The notes under the pieces were generated by a model. It was not told the DNA's origin, made no database searches, and saw only the letters and a list, made by a program, of their open reading frames with translations. The position numbers and the translations under genes are program-made. Positions 52,640 to 64,000 of a stretch of DNA of 64,000 nucleotides are shown here, piece after piece (the first letter of the stretch is position 1; every line of letters begins with the position of its first letter). Origin of the DNA: Chrysomallon squamiferum (Eukaryota; Animalia; Mollusca); assembly GCA_012295275.1 (NCBI GenBank), contig CM022666.1, positions 10,044,001 through 10,108,000 of the forward strand. The letters run 5' to 3'.

Positions 52640-55535
52640 CTTACTTAGGTTACTATTTACTTTTATCTTACTTATTCTCTTCCTTGCTAACTTAGGTCAT
52701 TAGTTAAGTACTTACTTACATTATTACTCACATAATTGTTAATGTACTGACTTCTATTCTCACTTACTTAGTTACTTGTTTCCTTGCTTACTTAGGTCAT
52801 TATTTAGGTAAGTACTAAATTTATTTCTTACTTAGATAATTGTTAACGTACTTACTTGCATTCTCGCTGACTTACTAACTTGCATCCTTGCTTACTTAGG
52901 TGATTATTTACGTACTTAATTACGTTCTTACTTACATAATTGTTAATGTACAAATTTGCATTTTACCTTAGTTCCTCGCTTCCTTACCAACTTAGATCAT
53001 TATTTACGTACTTACTTACTTTCTTTCTTAGTTAGATAATTGTTAATGTACTTACTTAGGTTACTATTTATTTAATTTACTAACTTACTCGCTTACTTGC
53101 TAACCTAGGACATTAGTTAAATACTTACTTACATTCTTACTCACATAATTGTAAATGTACTGACTTGCATTCTCTCTTACTTAGGTACTTGCTTCCTTGG
53201 TTACTTAGGTCATTATTTACGTAATTACTTAATTTATTTATTACTTAGATAATTGTTAATGTACTTACTTGCATTCTCACTTAGTTTGAAACTTGCATCC
53301 TTGCTTAGTTAGGTCATTATTTACTTACTTACTTAATTTATTTGTTATTTAGATAATTGGTAATGTACTTACTTAGGTTACTATTTACTTACTTATTCTC
53401 TTCCTTGCTAACTTAGGTCATTAGTTAAGTACTTACTTACTTACATTATTACTCACATAATTGTTAATGTACTGACTTGCTCTATTCTGACTTACTTACT
53501 TAGTTACTTGATTCCTTGTTTACTTAGGTCATTATTTAGGTAAGTACTAAATTTATTTCTTACTTAGATAATTGTTAACGTAATTACTTGCATTCTCACA
53601 GACTTACTAACTTGCATCCTTGCTTACTTAGGTCATTATTTACGTACTTAATTACGTTCTTACTTACATAATTGTTAATGTACAAATTTTTGCATTTTAC
53701 CTTAGTTCCTCTGCTTCCTTACCAACTTAGATCATTATTTATTTACGTACTTACTTACTTTTTTTTTTTCTTAGTTAGATAATTGTTAATGTATTTTATT
53801 TTAGGTTACTATTTACTAACTTACTCGCTTACTTGCTAACCTAGGACATTAGTTAAATACTTACTTACATTCTTACTCACATAATTGTAAATGTACTGAC
53901 TTGCATTCTCTCTTACTTAGGTACTTGCTTCCTTGGTTACTTAGGTCATTATTTACGTAATTACTTAATTTATTTATTACTTAGATAATTGTTAATGTAC
54001 TTACTTGCATTCTCACTTAGTTTGAAACTTGCATCCTTGCTTAGTTAGGTCATTATTTACTTACTTACTTAATTTATTTGTTATTTAGATAATTGGTAAT
54101 GTACTTACTTAGGTTACTATTTACTTACTTATTCTCTTCCTTGCTAACTTAGGTCATTAGTTAAGTACTTACTTACATTCTTACTCACATAACTGTTAAT
54201 TTACTGACTTGCATTCTGACTTACTTAGTTACTTGATTCCTTGCTTACTTAGGTCATTATTTAGGTAAGTACTAAATTTATTTCTTACTTAGATAATTGT
54301 TAACGTAATTACTTGCATTCTCACAGACTTACTAACTTGCATCCTTGCTTACTTAGGTCATTACTTACGTACTTAATTACGTTCTTACTTACATTATTGT
54401 TAATGTACAAATTTGCATTTTACCTTAGTTCCTCGCTTCCTTACCACCTTAGATCATTATTTACGTACTTACTTACTTTCTTTCTTAGTTAGATAATTGT
54501 TAATGTACTTACTTAGGTTACTATTTACTAACTTACTCGCTTACTTGCTAACCTAGGACATTAGTTAAATACTTACTTACATTCTTACTCACATAATTGT
54601 AAATGTACTGACTTGCATTCTCTCTTACTTAGGTACTTGCTTCCTTGGTTACTTAGGTCATTATTTACGTAATTACTTAATTTATTTATTACTTAGATAA
54701 TTGTTAATGTACTTACTTGCATTCTCACTTACTTTGAAACTTGCATCCTTGCTTAGTTAGGTCATTATTTACTTTTACTTACTTAATTTTTATTTGTTAT
54801 TTAGATAATTGTGGTAATGTGTACTTACTTAGGTTACTATTTACTTACTTATTCTCTTCCTTGCTAACTTAGGTCATTAGTTAAGTACTTACTTACATTC
54901 TTACTCACATAACTGTTAATGTACTGACTTGCATTCTGACTTACTTAGTTACTTGATTCCTTGCTTACTTAGGTCATTATTTAGGTAAGTACTAAATTTA
55001 TTTCTTACTTAGATAATTGTTAACGTAATTACTTGCATTCTCACAGACTTACTAACTTGCATCCTTGCTTACTTAGGTCATTATTTACGTACTTAATTAC
55101 GTTCTTACTTACATAATTGTTAATGTACAAATTTGCATTTTACCTTAGTTCCTCGCTTCCTTACCAACTTAGATCATTATTTACGTACTTACTTACTTTC
55201 TTTCTTAGTTAGATAATTGTTAATGTACTTACTTAGGTTACTATTTACTAACTTACTCGCTTACTTGCTAACCTAGGACATTAGATAAATACTTACTTAC
55301 ATTCTTACTCACATAATTGTAAATGTACTGACTTGCATTCTCTCTTACTTAGGTACTTGCTTCCTTGGTTACTTAGGCCATTATTTACGTAATTACTTAA
55401 TTTATTTATTACTTAGATAATTGTTAATGTACTTACTTGCATTCTCACTTACTTAGAAACTTGCATCATTGCTTACTTAGGTCATTATTTACTTACTTAC
55501 TTAATTTATTTGTTATTTAGATAATTGGTAATGTA

Positions 55536-55843
55536 CTTACTTAGGTTACAATTTACTTACTTATTCTCTTCCTTGCTAACTTAGGTCATTAGTTAAGTAC
55601 TCAGATATATTTTCACTCACATAATTGTAAAGGTACTGACTTGCATTCTGACTTACTTAGTTACTTGCTTCCTTGGTTACTTAGGTCATTATTTACGTAA
55701 TTACTTAATTTATTTATTACTTAGATAATTGTTAATGTACTTACTTGCATTCTCACTTACTTTGAAACTTGCATCCTTGCTTAGTTAGGTCATTATTTAC
55801 TTACTTACTTAATTTATTTGTTATTTAGATAATTGGTAATGTA
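55536..55843 (-). repeat. Extra 308-bp trimer (second clean copy of the 10-mer HOR variant)
   Basis: Same 100+104+104 structure and the same markers (GGTTACAATTT, TTGTAAAGGTA) as 52332-52639. Confidence 0.85.
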
Positions 55844-56899
55844 CTTACTTAGGTTACTATTTACTTACTTATTCTCTTCCTTGCTAACTTAGGTCATTAG
55901 TTAAGTACTTACTTACATTATTACTCACATAATTGTTAATGTACTGACTTCTATTCTCACTTACTTAGTTACTTGTTTCCTTGCTTACTTAGGTCATTAT
56001 TTAGGTAAGTACTAAATGTATTTCTTACTTAGATAATTGTTAACGTACTTACTTGCATTCTCGCTGACTTACTAACTTGCATCCTTGCTTACTTAGGTGA
56101 TTATTTACGTACTTAATTACGTTCTTACTTAGTTAATTGTTAATGTACAAATTTGCATTTTACCTTAGTTCCTCGCTTCCTTACCCACTAAGATCATTAT
56201 TTACGTACTTACTTACTTTCTTTCTTAGTTAGATAATTGTTAATGTACTTACTTAGGTTACTATTTACTAACTTACTCGCTTATTTGCTAACCTAGGACA
56301 TTAGTTAAATACTTACTTACATTCTTACTCACATAATTGTAAATGTACTGACTTGCATTCTCTCTTACTTAGGTACTTGCTTCCTTGGTTACTTAGGTCA
56401 TTATTTACGTAATTACTTAATTTATTTATTACTTAGATAATTGTTAATGTACTTACTTGCATTCTCACTTAGTTTGAAACTTGCATCCTTGCTTAGTTAG
56501 GTCATTATTTATTTACTTTACTTAATTTATTTTTATTTGATTTAGATAATGGTAATGTACTTTTCTTTTAGGTTATTTTATTTACTTACTTATTCTCTTC
56601 CTTGCTAACTTAGGTCATTAGTTAAGTACTTACTTACATTCTTACTCACATAACTGTTAATTTACTGACTTGCATTCTGACTTACTTAGTTACTTGATTC
56701 CTTGCTTACTTAGGTCATTATTTAGGTAAGTACTAAATTTATTTCTTACTTAGATAATTGTTAACGTAATTACTTGCATTCTCACAGACTTACTAACTTG
56801 CATCCCTTGTTTTACTTTAGGTCATTATTTACGTACTTAATTATGTTATTACTTTAGATAATTGTTAATGTACAAATTTTGCATTTTACTTTAGTTCCT

Positions 56900-59800
56900 G
56901 CTTCCTTACCAACTTAGATCATTATTTTTATTGTACTTACTTAAATTTTTTTCCTTAGTTAGATAATTGTTAATGTAATTTACTTTAGGTTACCATTTAC
57001 TAACTTACCTGCTTCCTTTGCTAACCTAGGGACATTATTTAAATACTTACTTACACATTTTACTTACATAATTTAAAATGTACTTGACTTGCATCCTGAC
57101 TCACTTAGGTTGCTTCCCTACCAACTTTAGGACATTTCATTTATGTAATTACTTAATTCCATTTATTACTTAGATAAAATGTACTAATGTATTTTACTTA
57201 GGTTTCCCTTCACTTTACTTAGAAATTAGAAACTTGTATTATTTACTACTTCATTTCATGCTACTTACTTTAATTGCTTATTTCCAGGATTTATTAACTT
57301 AATTACTTAATTTACTTACATTCCCTCTTACTTTAGATAATTGTATCATTATTTAATTTTACTTATATTCTTTCACTTTAAATTTACTTACTGATTTATT
57401 CTTACTTAGCAACTTCCTTAATTATTTGAAAGATCAATTTTCACTTAATTATTTTTTTTTCTTTATTACTTAGATAAATTGTTAATGTACCTTAATTTAT
57501 TTTCCATTTCCTTACTTTACTTGAAACCTTTCTACTAACTTAGTTTACTTTTAATTTTTATTTTACTTATTTTTTAATTTATTTGTTATTTAGATAATTT
57601 AATGTTTTCTACTGACTTATTTTCTCTCCTTATTCTCTCTTCCCTACAACTTAGGCATCATTTGGCATTTACACTATTCACATTTCCCAATTAATGCACT
57701 AATCTCTATTTTACTTAGATACTTGTTAATTTACTTATTAGCTATTTTACCTCCAATTAAAAATGTATTTCTTTACTTAGATAAATTGTTAACGTAATTT
57801 ACTTAGGTTGCTACAACTTATTAACTTATCCCTTTTTACTTTTCTTATTTTTGATTATTTCTAATTAGATAAATTTTACTGCATAATTTTCTACAACCAC
57901 ATTTTCACATTAGTTCCCCTCCTTTACCTACTAAGATCATTATTTTCTGTACTTTTCTATTTCTCTTAGTTAGATAATTGTTAATGTACTTTACTTAGGT
58001 TACTTAAATCCTTACTTTTTACTTTCCTCCTAATTAACCTAGGTATTATTTAATCCTACTTACATCTTTATTTCTTTTACTTGATAAAATGTAATTTACT
58101 TCATACTCTACTTCACTTATTTAACTGCATCCTTGTTTACTTTAGGTCATTTTTATTGTAATTCACTTAATCCATTTCATATTATTTAGATAATAATGTA
58201 CAAATTTGCATTTTACCTTACTTTTGAAACTTGCATCCTACTTCAACTTAGGTCATTATTTACTTATTTCATTTAATTTCATTTTGTTATTTAGATAATT
58301 GTTAATGTAACTTTACTTAGGTTACTATTTACTTAACTTTATTCCTCTCCCTTGCTAACTTAGGTCATTAGTTAACACTTACACTTACATTCTTTACCTC
58401 ACATAATTGTAAAATGTAATTGACTTGCATCTGACTTACTTAGAACACTTTGCTTCCTTTTTTACTTAGGGTGGGCCATTTACTTAATTACTTAATTTAT
58501 TTACTTTAGATAATTGTTAATGTACTTACTTTTGCATTCCTCACTAGTTTTTGAAACTTTGCATCCTTAGGTTTAGTTTAGGTCATTTATTTACTTTATT
58601 ACTTAATTTATTTGAATTTAGATAATGGTTAATGTACTAAATTACAATTTATTAATTTACTTATTCTCTTCTTTTACAACTTAGGGTCATTAGTTGGGTT
58701 ACACTTTAACTTACATTACTTTAGATAATTGTTAATGTACTGACTTGCATTCCTGACTTACTTAGTTACTTCTCCTTTCCTTTGCTTACTTAGGGTCACA
58801 TATTTAGGTAAGTACTTAAATTTATTTTTTACTTAGATAATTGTTAACGTACTTACTTTGCATTCTCCACTTCTACTAACTTGCATCTTTTGCTTTACTT
58901 TATTTAATTTCATGCACTTAACTTTTATTTGTTCCTTACTTAGATAATTGTTAATGTACAAATTTTGCATTCCACCTTAGAAACTGCCTCCTTACCAACT
59001 TAGATCATTTATTTACGTACTTACTTAATTTCTTTCTTTTAGATAATTGTTAATGTAATACATTTTAGGTTTTTTTATTTACTAACTTACTCTTGCTTAC
59101 TTGCTAACCCAGGACATTACACTAAATACTTACTTACATTTTACTCACATAATTGTAAAATGCACTGACTTTGCATTCCTCTCTACTTACTTAGCTACTT
59201 GCTTCCCTTGGTTACTTAGGCCATTTCATGTAATTATTTAATTCCATTTATTACTTCTTAGATAATTGTTAATGTACTTAATTCTTTTTGCATTGCATTT
59301 CACTTACTTAGAAACCTGCATCCCTGTTTACTTAATCATTATTTTATTTTACTTACTTAATCCATTTGTTATTTAGATAATTGGTAATGTAATTTACTTA
59401 GGTTACTTTTTATTACTTATTTATTCTCTCCCCTAACTTAGGTCATTAGTAAAGCACTTTACTTTACATTCTTACTCACATAATTGTTAATGTACTGACT
59501 CTATTCTCCTTACTTTAGTTAATTTGCTTCCCTTGCTTACTTAGGTCATTATTTTCAGGTAAGTACTAAATTTATTCTTTACTTAGATAATTGTTAACGT
59601 AACTTACTTGCATTCTCTCCCTGACTTACTAACTTGCATCCTGTTTCTTTAGGGATTATTTTATGTAATTTAATTACGTTGTTAATTTTAGATAATTGTT
59701 AATGTACAAATTTTGCATTTTACCTTAGTTGCCTGCCTTCCTACCAACCAAGATCATTGGCCCATTTACTTACTTAATTACTTTCTTTTAGTTAGATAAT

Positions 59801-62800
59801 TGTTAATGTACTTTATTTTAGGTTGCTACTTTACTTAGTGGCTTACCTCCTAACATTAACTTAGTTCTTTATTTTTTGTTTAACCTAGGGACATTTTAGT
59901 AAATTTTACTTACATTCTTAGTCACATAATTGTAAAATAAACTGACTTGCATTCCTCCTCTTCCTTAGGTAACTTTTTTCCCTTTGGTTACTTCTAGGTC
60001 ACATTTACTTAAATTACTTAATTTATTTATTACTTAGATAATGTTAATTCAATTAATTATCTAGACTTTTAACCTTTGCTTTTAGGCCTGGCCATTTTTA
60101 CTTACTTGCTTCCTTCCCTTAGATAAATTGGTAAATGGCCAAATTGAGTTACTATTTCTCCTTACTTAGATAAATCCATTATTTGTACTTACTTAATTCC
60201 CCCTAGTTTACATTTTTTATTTGGCCATTTTACTTACTTCCCTTAATTCAGTCAGCTATTTACTTATAATTTAAGCATAATTGTTAATGTTCTTTTTTGG
60301 CATTCACTTCATTCTTTCATTTTATCCTTTGCACCTAACTTAGGGTCATTGATGTAATTACAAATTTACAAATTTTACTTACTTCCAATTGTTAATTTAC
60401 TGACTTCTGAATTTCCATTCAGACTTAGTTAGAAATTTTTCAGCTTACTTTAGGGTCATTTTAGTAATTATTTTAAATTTATTTTTCATAATTTAGATAA
60501 TTTTAACGTAATCACATAACATTGCATTCCTCCTTTCACAGACTTACTCTTCCTAACTTGCACTTTTCATTTACTTATCTCTCATCTTTTCCATAATTTA
60601 CTTTTTTTGTTAATGTTACTTACTTAGATAATTGTTAATTACAAATTTGCATTTTACCTTAGTTCTTCTTTCCCACTCAACTTAGACTCACATTTCACTG
60701 TATTTAATTTACTTCCTCAGATAGTTAGATAAATTGTTAATGTAACTTAGGTTACTATTTATTAACTTACTCTTGCTTACTTAAGAAACCCAGGACACTA
60801 GTTAAATACTTCATTACATTCTCATTCCTTTCACATAATTGTAAAATGTACTGACTTGCATTCCTCCCTACTTAGGTAACTTGATTCCTTGGTTACTTAG
60901 GGTCATTTCATTTTATACTTAATTTATTTAATTTACTTAGATAATTTTTAATGTACATACTACTTACTTGCATTCTCTCTTAGAAAACCTGCAACCTCCC
61001 TTCCACTTCTAGCATACTATTCACTTAATTTACTGGACTAGATCTATTTTAGTTAATTCTTTAAATAAATTTAGATAAATTGGTAAAATGTCACTATTCT
61101 ACTTATTTAATCACTATTCCACTTCCCCTACAACTTTTCTAGGGACATTTTAAGTACATTTATATATTACTCACCACATAATTGTACAAATTTCTGACTT
61201 GCATTCCTCCCACCTCTTTTCTTAGTTACTTGATCTCCTTTTACTTTAGGTTACTTTTATTTTTTAGGTAAGATTTTTACTAATTTACTTTAGGCTACTT
61301 TAGATAAATTTAAGTTGTTAATGTACTTATTACCACTTGGAATAAATTTCTCACTCTTAACTTAGTAAAACTTATTTCCCTTATTTAGTTAGGTCATTTT
61401 ATTTTACTGCACTTTAATTTATTTTTTATTTTAGATAATTGTAAATGTACTTCTACTTTTAGGACACTAGCTTTATTTACTTACTTATTCTTCCTCCTCT
61501 ATTAACTTTAGGGTCATTAGTTAAGCATTTTACTTACATTCTTTTAGGTCACAGCATAATTGTTAATGTACTTGACTAGTATTCTCACTCTACTTAGTTA
61601 CTTCTTTCTCCTTATTTTACTTATCATTATTTAGGTAAGTACTTTAAATTTTATTTCTATTTTAGATAATTGTTAAACGTAATTTACTTTAATTCCTTAC
61701 CTTTACTAAACTCTGCATCCCTTTTTTTAGGTGATTATTTATTTTATGTGCACTTAATTCCATTTTATTAATTTGAGATAAATTGTTAATGTCCAAACTT
61801 AAATTTTTATTTTCTAGGTTGTCCTTCTTCCCCAACAGATCATTATTTCACCAATTTACTTAATTATTTTATTTTCTTAGTTAGATAATTAAATTGTACT
61901 TTATTTAGGGTTACTATTTACTAACTTTATCTCCATTTTGCCAACCTAGGGACATTTACCAAATAATTTACTTACATTCTTATTCACATACAATTGTTAA
62001 AAAAATTGACTTGCATTCCTCCTTGACTTAGGTACCTTTGCTCCCTGTTTCATCTTAGGTCATTATTTATGGGGGTACTTAAACTTATTTATCACCTAGA
62101 TAATTGTTAATGTACTTACTTGCATTCCCACCCCCTTTGAAATTGTGCATCCAACACTTCTAGGTCATTTGATTTTAGACCATTTAAATTTACTTCTTAA
62201 TTTACTTACTTTCCATTTAGATACAAAAATTGAACAATGTAATTCTTACTTAGGCAACTACTATTTACATTTAACTTACTTCTTTTCTCCTTCTCCTCAC
62301 AACTTAGGCCATTTTAGGTAACAATTAACTTACATTCTTTATTCAAGATAAATTGTTAAAATCAACCTAGCACTCTTACATTGCATTCCCACAACTCTTA
62401 GTCCACTTCATTCCTCCTTAGGTCTAAATTAGGTAAATTTCTAGAATGCCCCAATTAAATTTTATCTTATTTAGATCCCTTTAAATTACCAGGTATTAGC
62501 CATTATTTTGCACTTACTTTGTCACTTCAACCCTTAGTTAGATAATTTTAATGCAATTACTTTGGCATTCCTAGGTTACCATTTTACTAACTTGGAACCT
62601 CCCTATCAGGCTGTTACTGCTAACCTTAGATAAATTGTTAATGCCAAATAATTGTATTTGCACTTAATTTATCTTCCTCCCCTGCCCAAACCTCTCATTA
62701 GTTGGTTACCTAGATACATTCATTCCTTTCTCTCCCTAGTTAGATAACTGTTACTTTAATTTTAGGGTTCTTCCCACTACTTAGTTAACCTGTTTCCCCT

Positions 62801-64000
62801 TACTGCTAATTTATTCTAGGTAGGATAAATTAATTACCACTTACTACTTTAACGTATTCCTATCCCCCTATTTGACAGGGTCATTTCCAATACATGATTA
62901 ATTTCCCGGCCAATAATTGTTAAAACTTCATAATGTCTCTCCTTAATTTCCTAGGGCCACCATTTTAAAATTTCCAACTTAATCTTATTCTTTATTTAGT
63001 TAGATAATTGTTAATGCAAATTACTTGTATTCAACTACTATTACTAACTCCCATCCTTGTTTACTTTAACCAGATTATTTTACATTACCAACCCCATTCT
63101 TACTCTAGATAATTGTTAATGCACTGACTGTCATTCCTCTTACTTAGTTACTTGGCTTCCCAACCCCACTTAGACTTTAGGCCATTTAGGTAAGTACTAA
63201 ATTTATTCTCTTTACTTAGATAAATTGTGTACTTCACTTTCCAGGATGCCCATTTTTTAATTTAAGTCCATAACGTACTTACATTTTGCTAACTGATAAT
63301 TGTTAGTTACAAATTTGCACTTACATCTTAGGGCCCTACAATTGTAAACTGGAATTGACTCTGCATTCCCCTAGTTAGATAATTTTATTGTATTTACTTA
63401 GGTTACTTCACCACATTTAGGTCACCACAACTGCAAATTTTAACTAATTCCATTTATTTTAGATAATTGTAAAACCCATTCCCTTCCATTCCTCACTTCC
63501 TAGAAAAACTGCATCCCTTAATTTTCAATTTAGGATTTTATTTCCTACTTACTTAATTTATTGAATTATTTAGATAATTGGTAAACAAAATTTATTTTAG
63601 GGTTAGCCATTCATTATTTTATTCTCTCTCCTCTTGCTAACTTAGGTCATTAGTTAAGTACTTATTTACATTCTTACCACATAATTGTTAATGCACTGAC
63701 TTGGTGCATCTCCTACTTAGTTACTTGTTTCTTGTTTACTTAGGTCATTATTTTAGGTAAGTACAAATTTATTTCTTACTTAGATAATTGTTAACATACT
63801 TATTTTGCATTCTCACTAACTTACTAACTTGCATTCTTGTTACTTTAGGTCATTATTTTACGCACTTAATTGATTGTTACTGAGATAATTGTTAATGTAC
63901 AAATTTGTATTTTACTTTTTAGGGCCTCGTTTTCTCCCAACTTAGATCATTATTTTGATGCATTATTCTACATTTTTCTTTAGTTAGATAATTTGTTAGC
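56900..64000 (-). other. Heavily degraded portion of the reverse array (probable near-raw long-read quality)
   Basis: Monomer landmarks (TAGATAATTG, TTAGGTCATT) persist, but with dense non-recurrent indels and homopolymer expansions (CCC, GGG, AAA) that increase toward 60-63.4 kb. Confidence 0.7.

Larger units (their letters stand above)
45031..64000 (-). repeat. Same 100/104-bp satellite family in reverse-complement orientation; distinct subfamily with 712-bp 7-mers and ~1020-bp 10-mers
   Basis: TTAGATAATTGTTAATGTA is the reverse complement of TACATTAACAATTATCTAA. The landmark TTACTTGCTAACCTAGGAC lies at 53829 and 54541 (712 bp apart). Recurrent diagnostic differences from the middle array include CAAGTAAGCGAG versus CAAGGGAGCCAG on the A-rich strand. 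Confidence 0.96.

Noticed and set aside
60000-63400. Possible unique or transposon insertion in the most divergent stretch
   Set aside because: Satellite landmarks persist at roughly monomer spacing throughout, with no ORF, terminal repeats or target-site duplication.
45031-64000. Insect telomeric TTAGG repeats
   Set aside because: TTAGG/CCTAA occurs as isolated copies within monomers, with only occasional stutter doublets. It never forms a tandem tract and is explained by GACC/AACC-TAAG junctions.

Overview
This window has no genes and consists entirely of tandem satellite DNA, most likely eukaryotic centromeric or pericentromeric heterochromatin. Three contigs are joined by two 200-N scaffold gaps. 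(1) 1-9969 is a ~44% GC, CpG-rich 169-bp satellite with higher-order repeats (HORs), mostly ~1689-bp 10-mers drawn from about 12 monomer types. (2) 10170-44830 is an unrelated AT-rich satellite with ~46 copies of a 712-bp HOR made of seven 100/104-bp monomers, each an in-phase degenerate (TAAG)25-26. (3) 45031-64000 is a distinct subfamily of the same 712-bp satellite in reverse orientation, with interspersed 10-mer variants. Long stretches (about 11.4-28.2 kb and 57-64 kb) are degraded in ways best explained by long-read consensus error. No protein-coding gene, RNA gene, transposon or CRISPR array is supported, and all listed ORFs are gap or repeat artefacts. The most notable biology is the nested hierarchy 4 bp -> 100/104 bp -> ~308-bp trimer -> 712-bp 7-mer -> 10-mer and longer periods. 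The organism and satellite family names cannot be assigned from the sequence alone.
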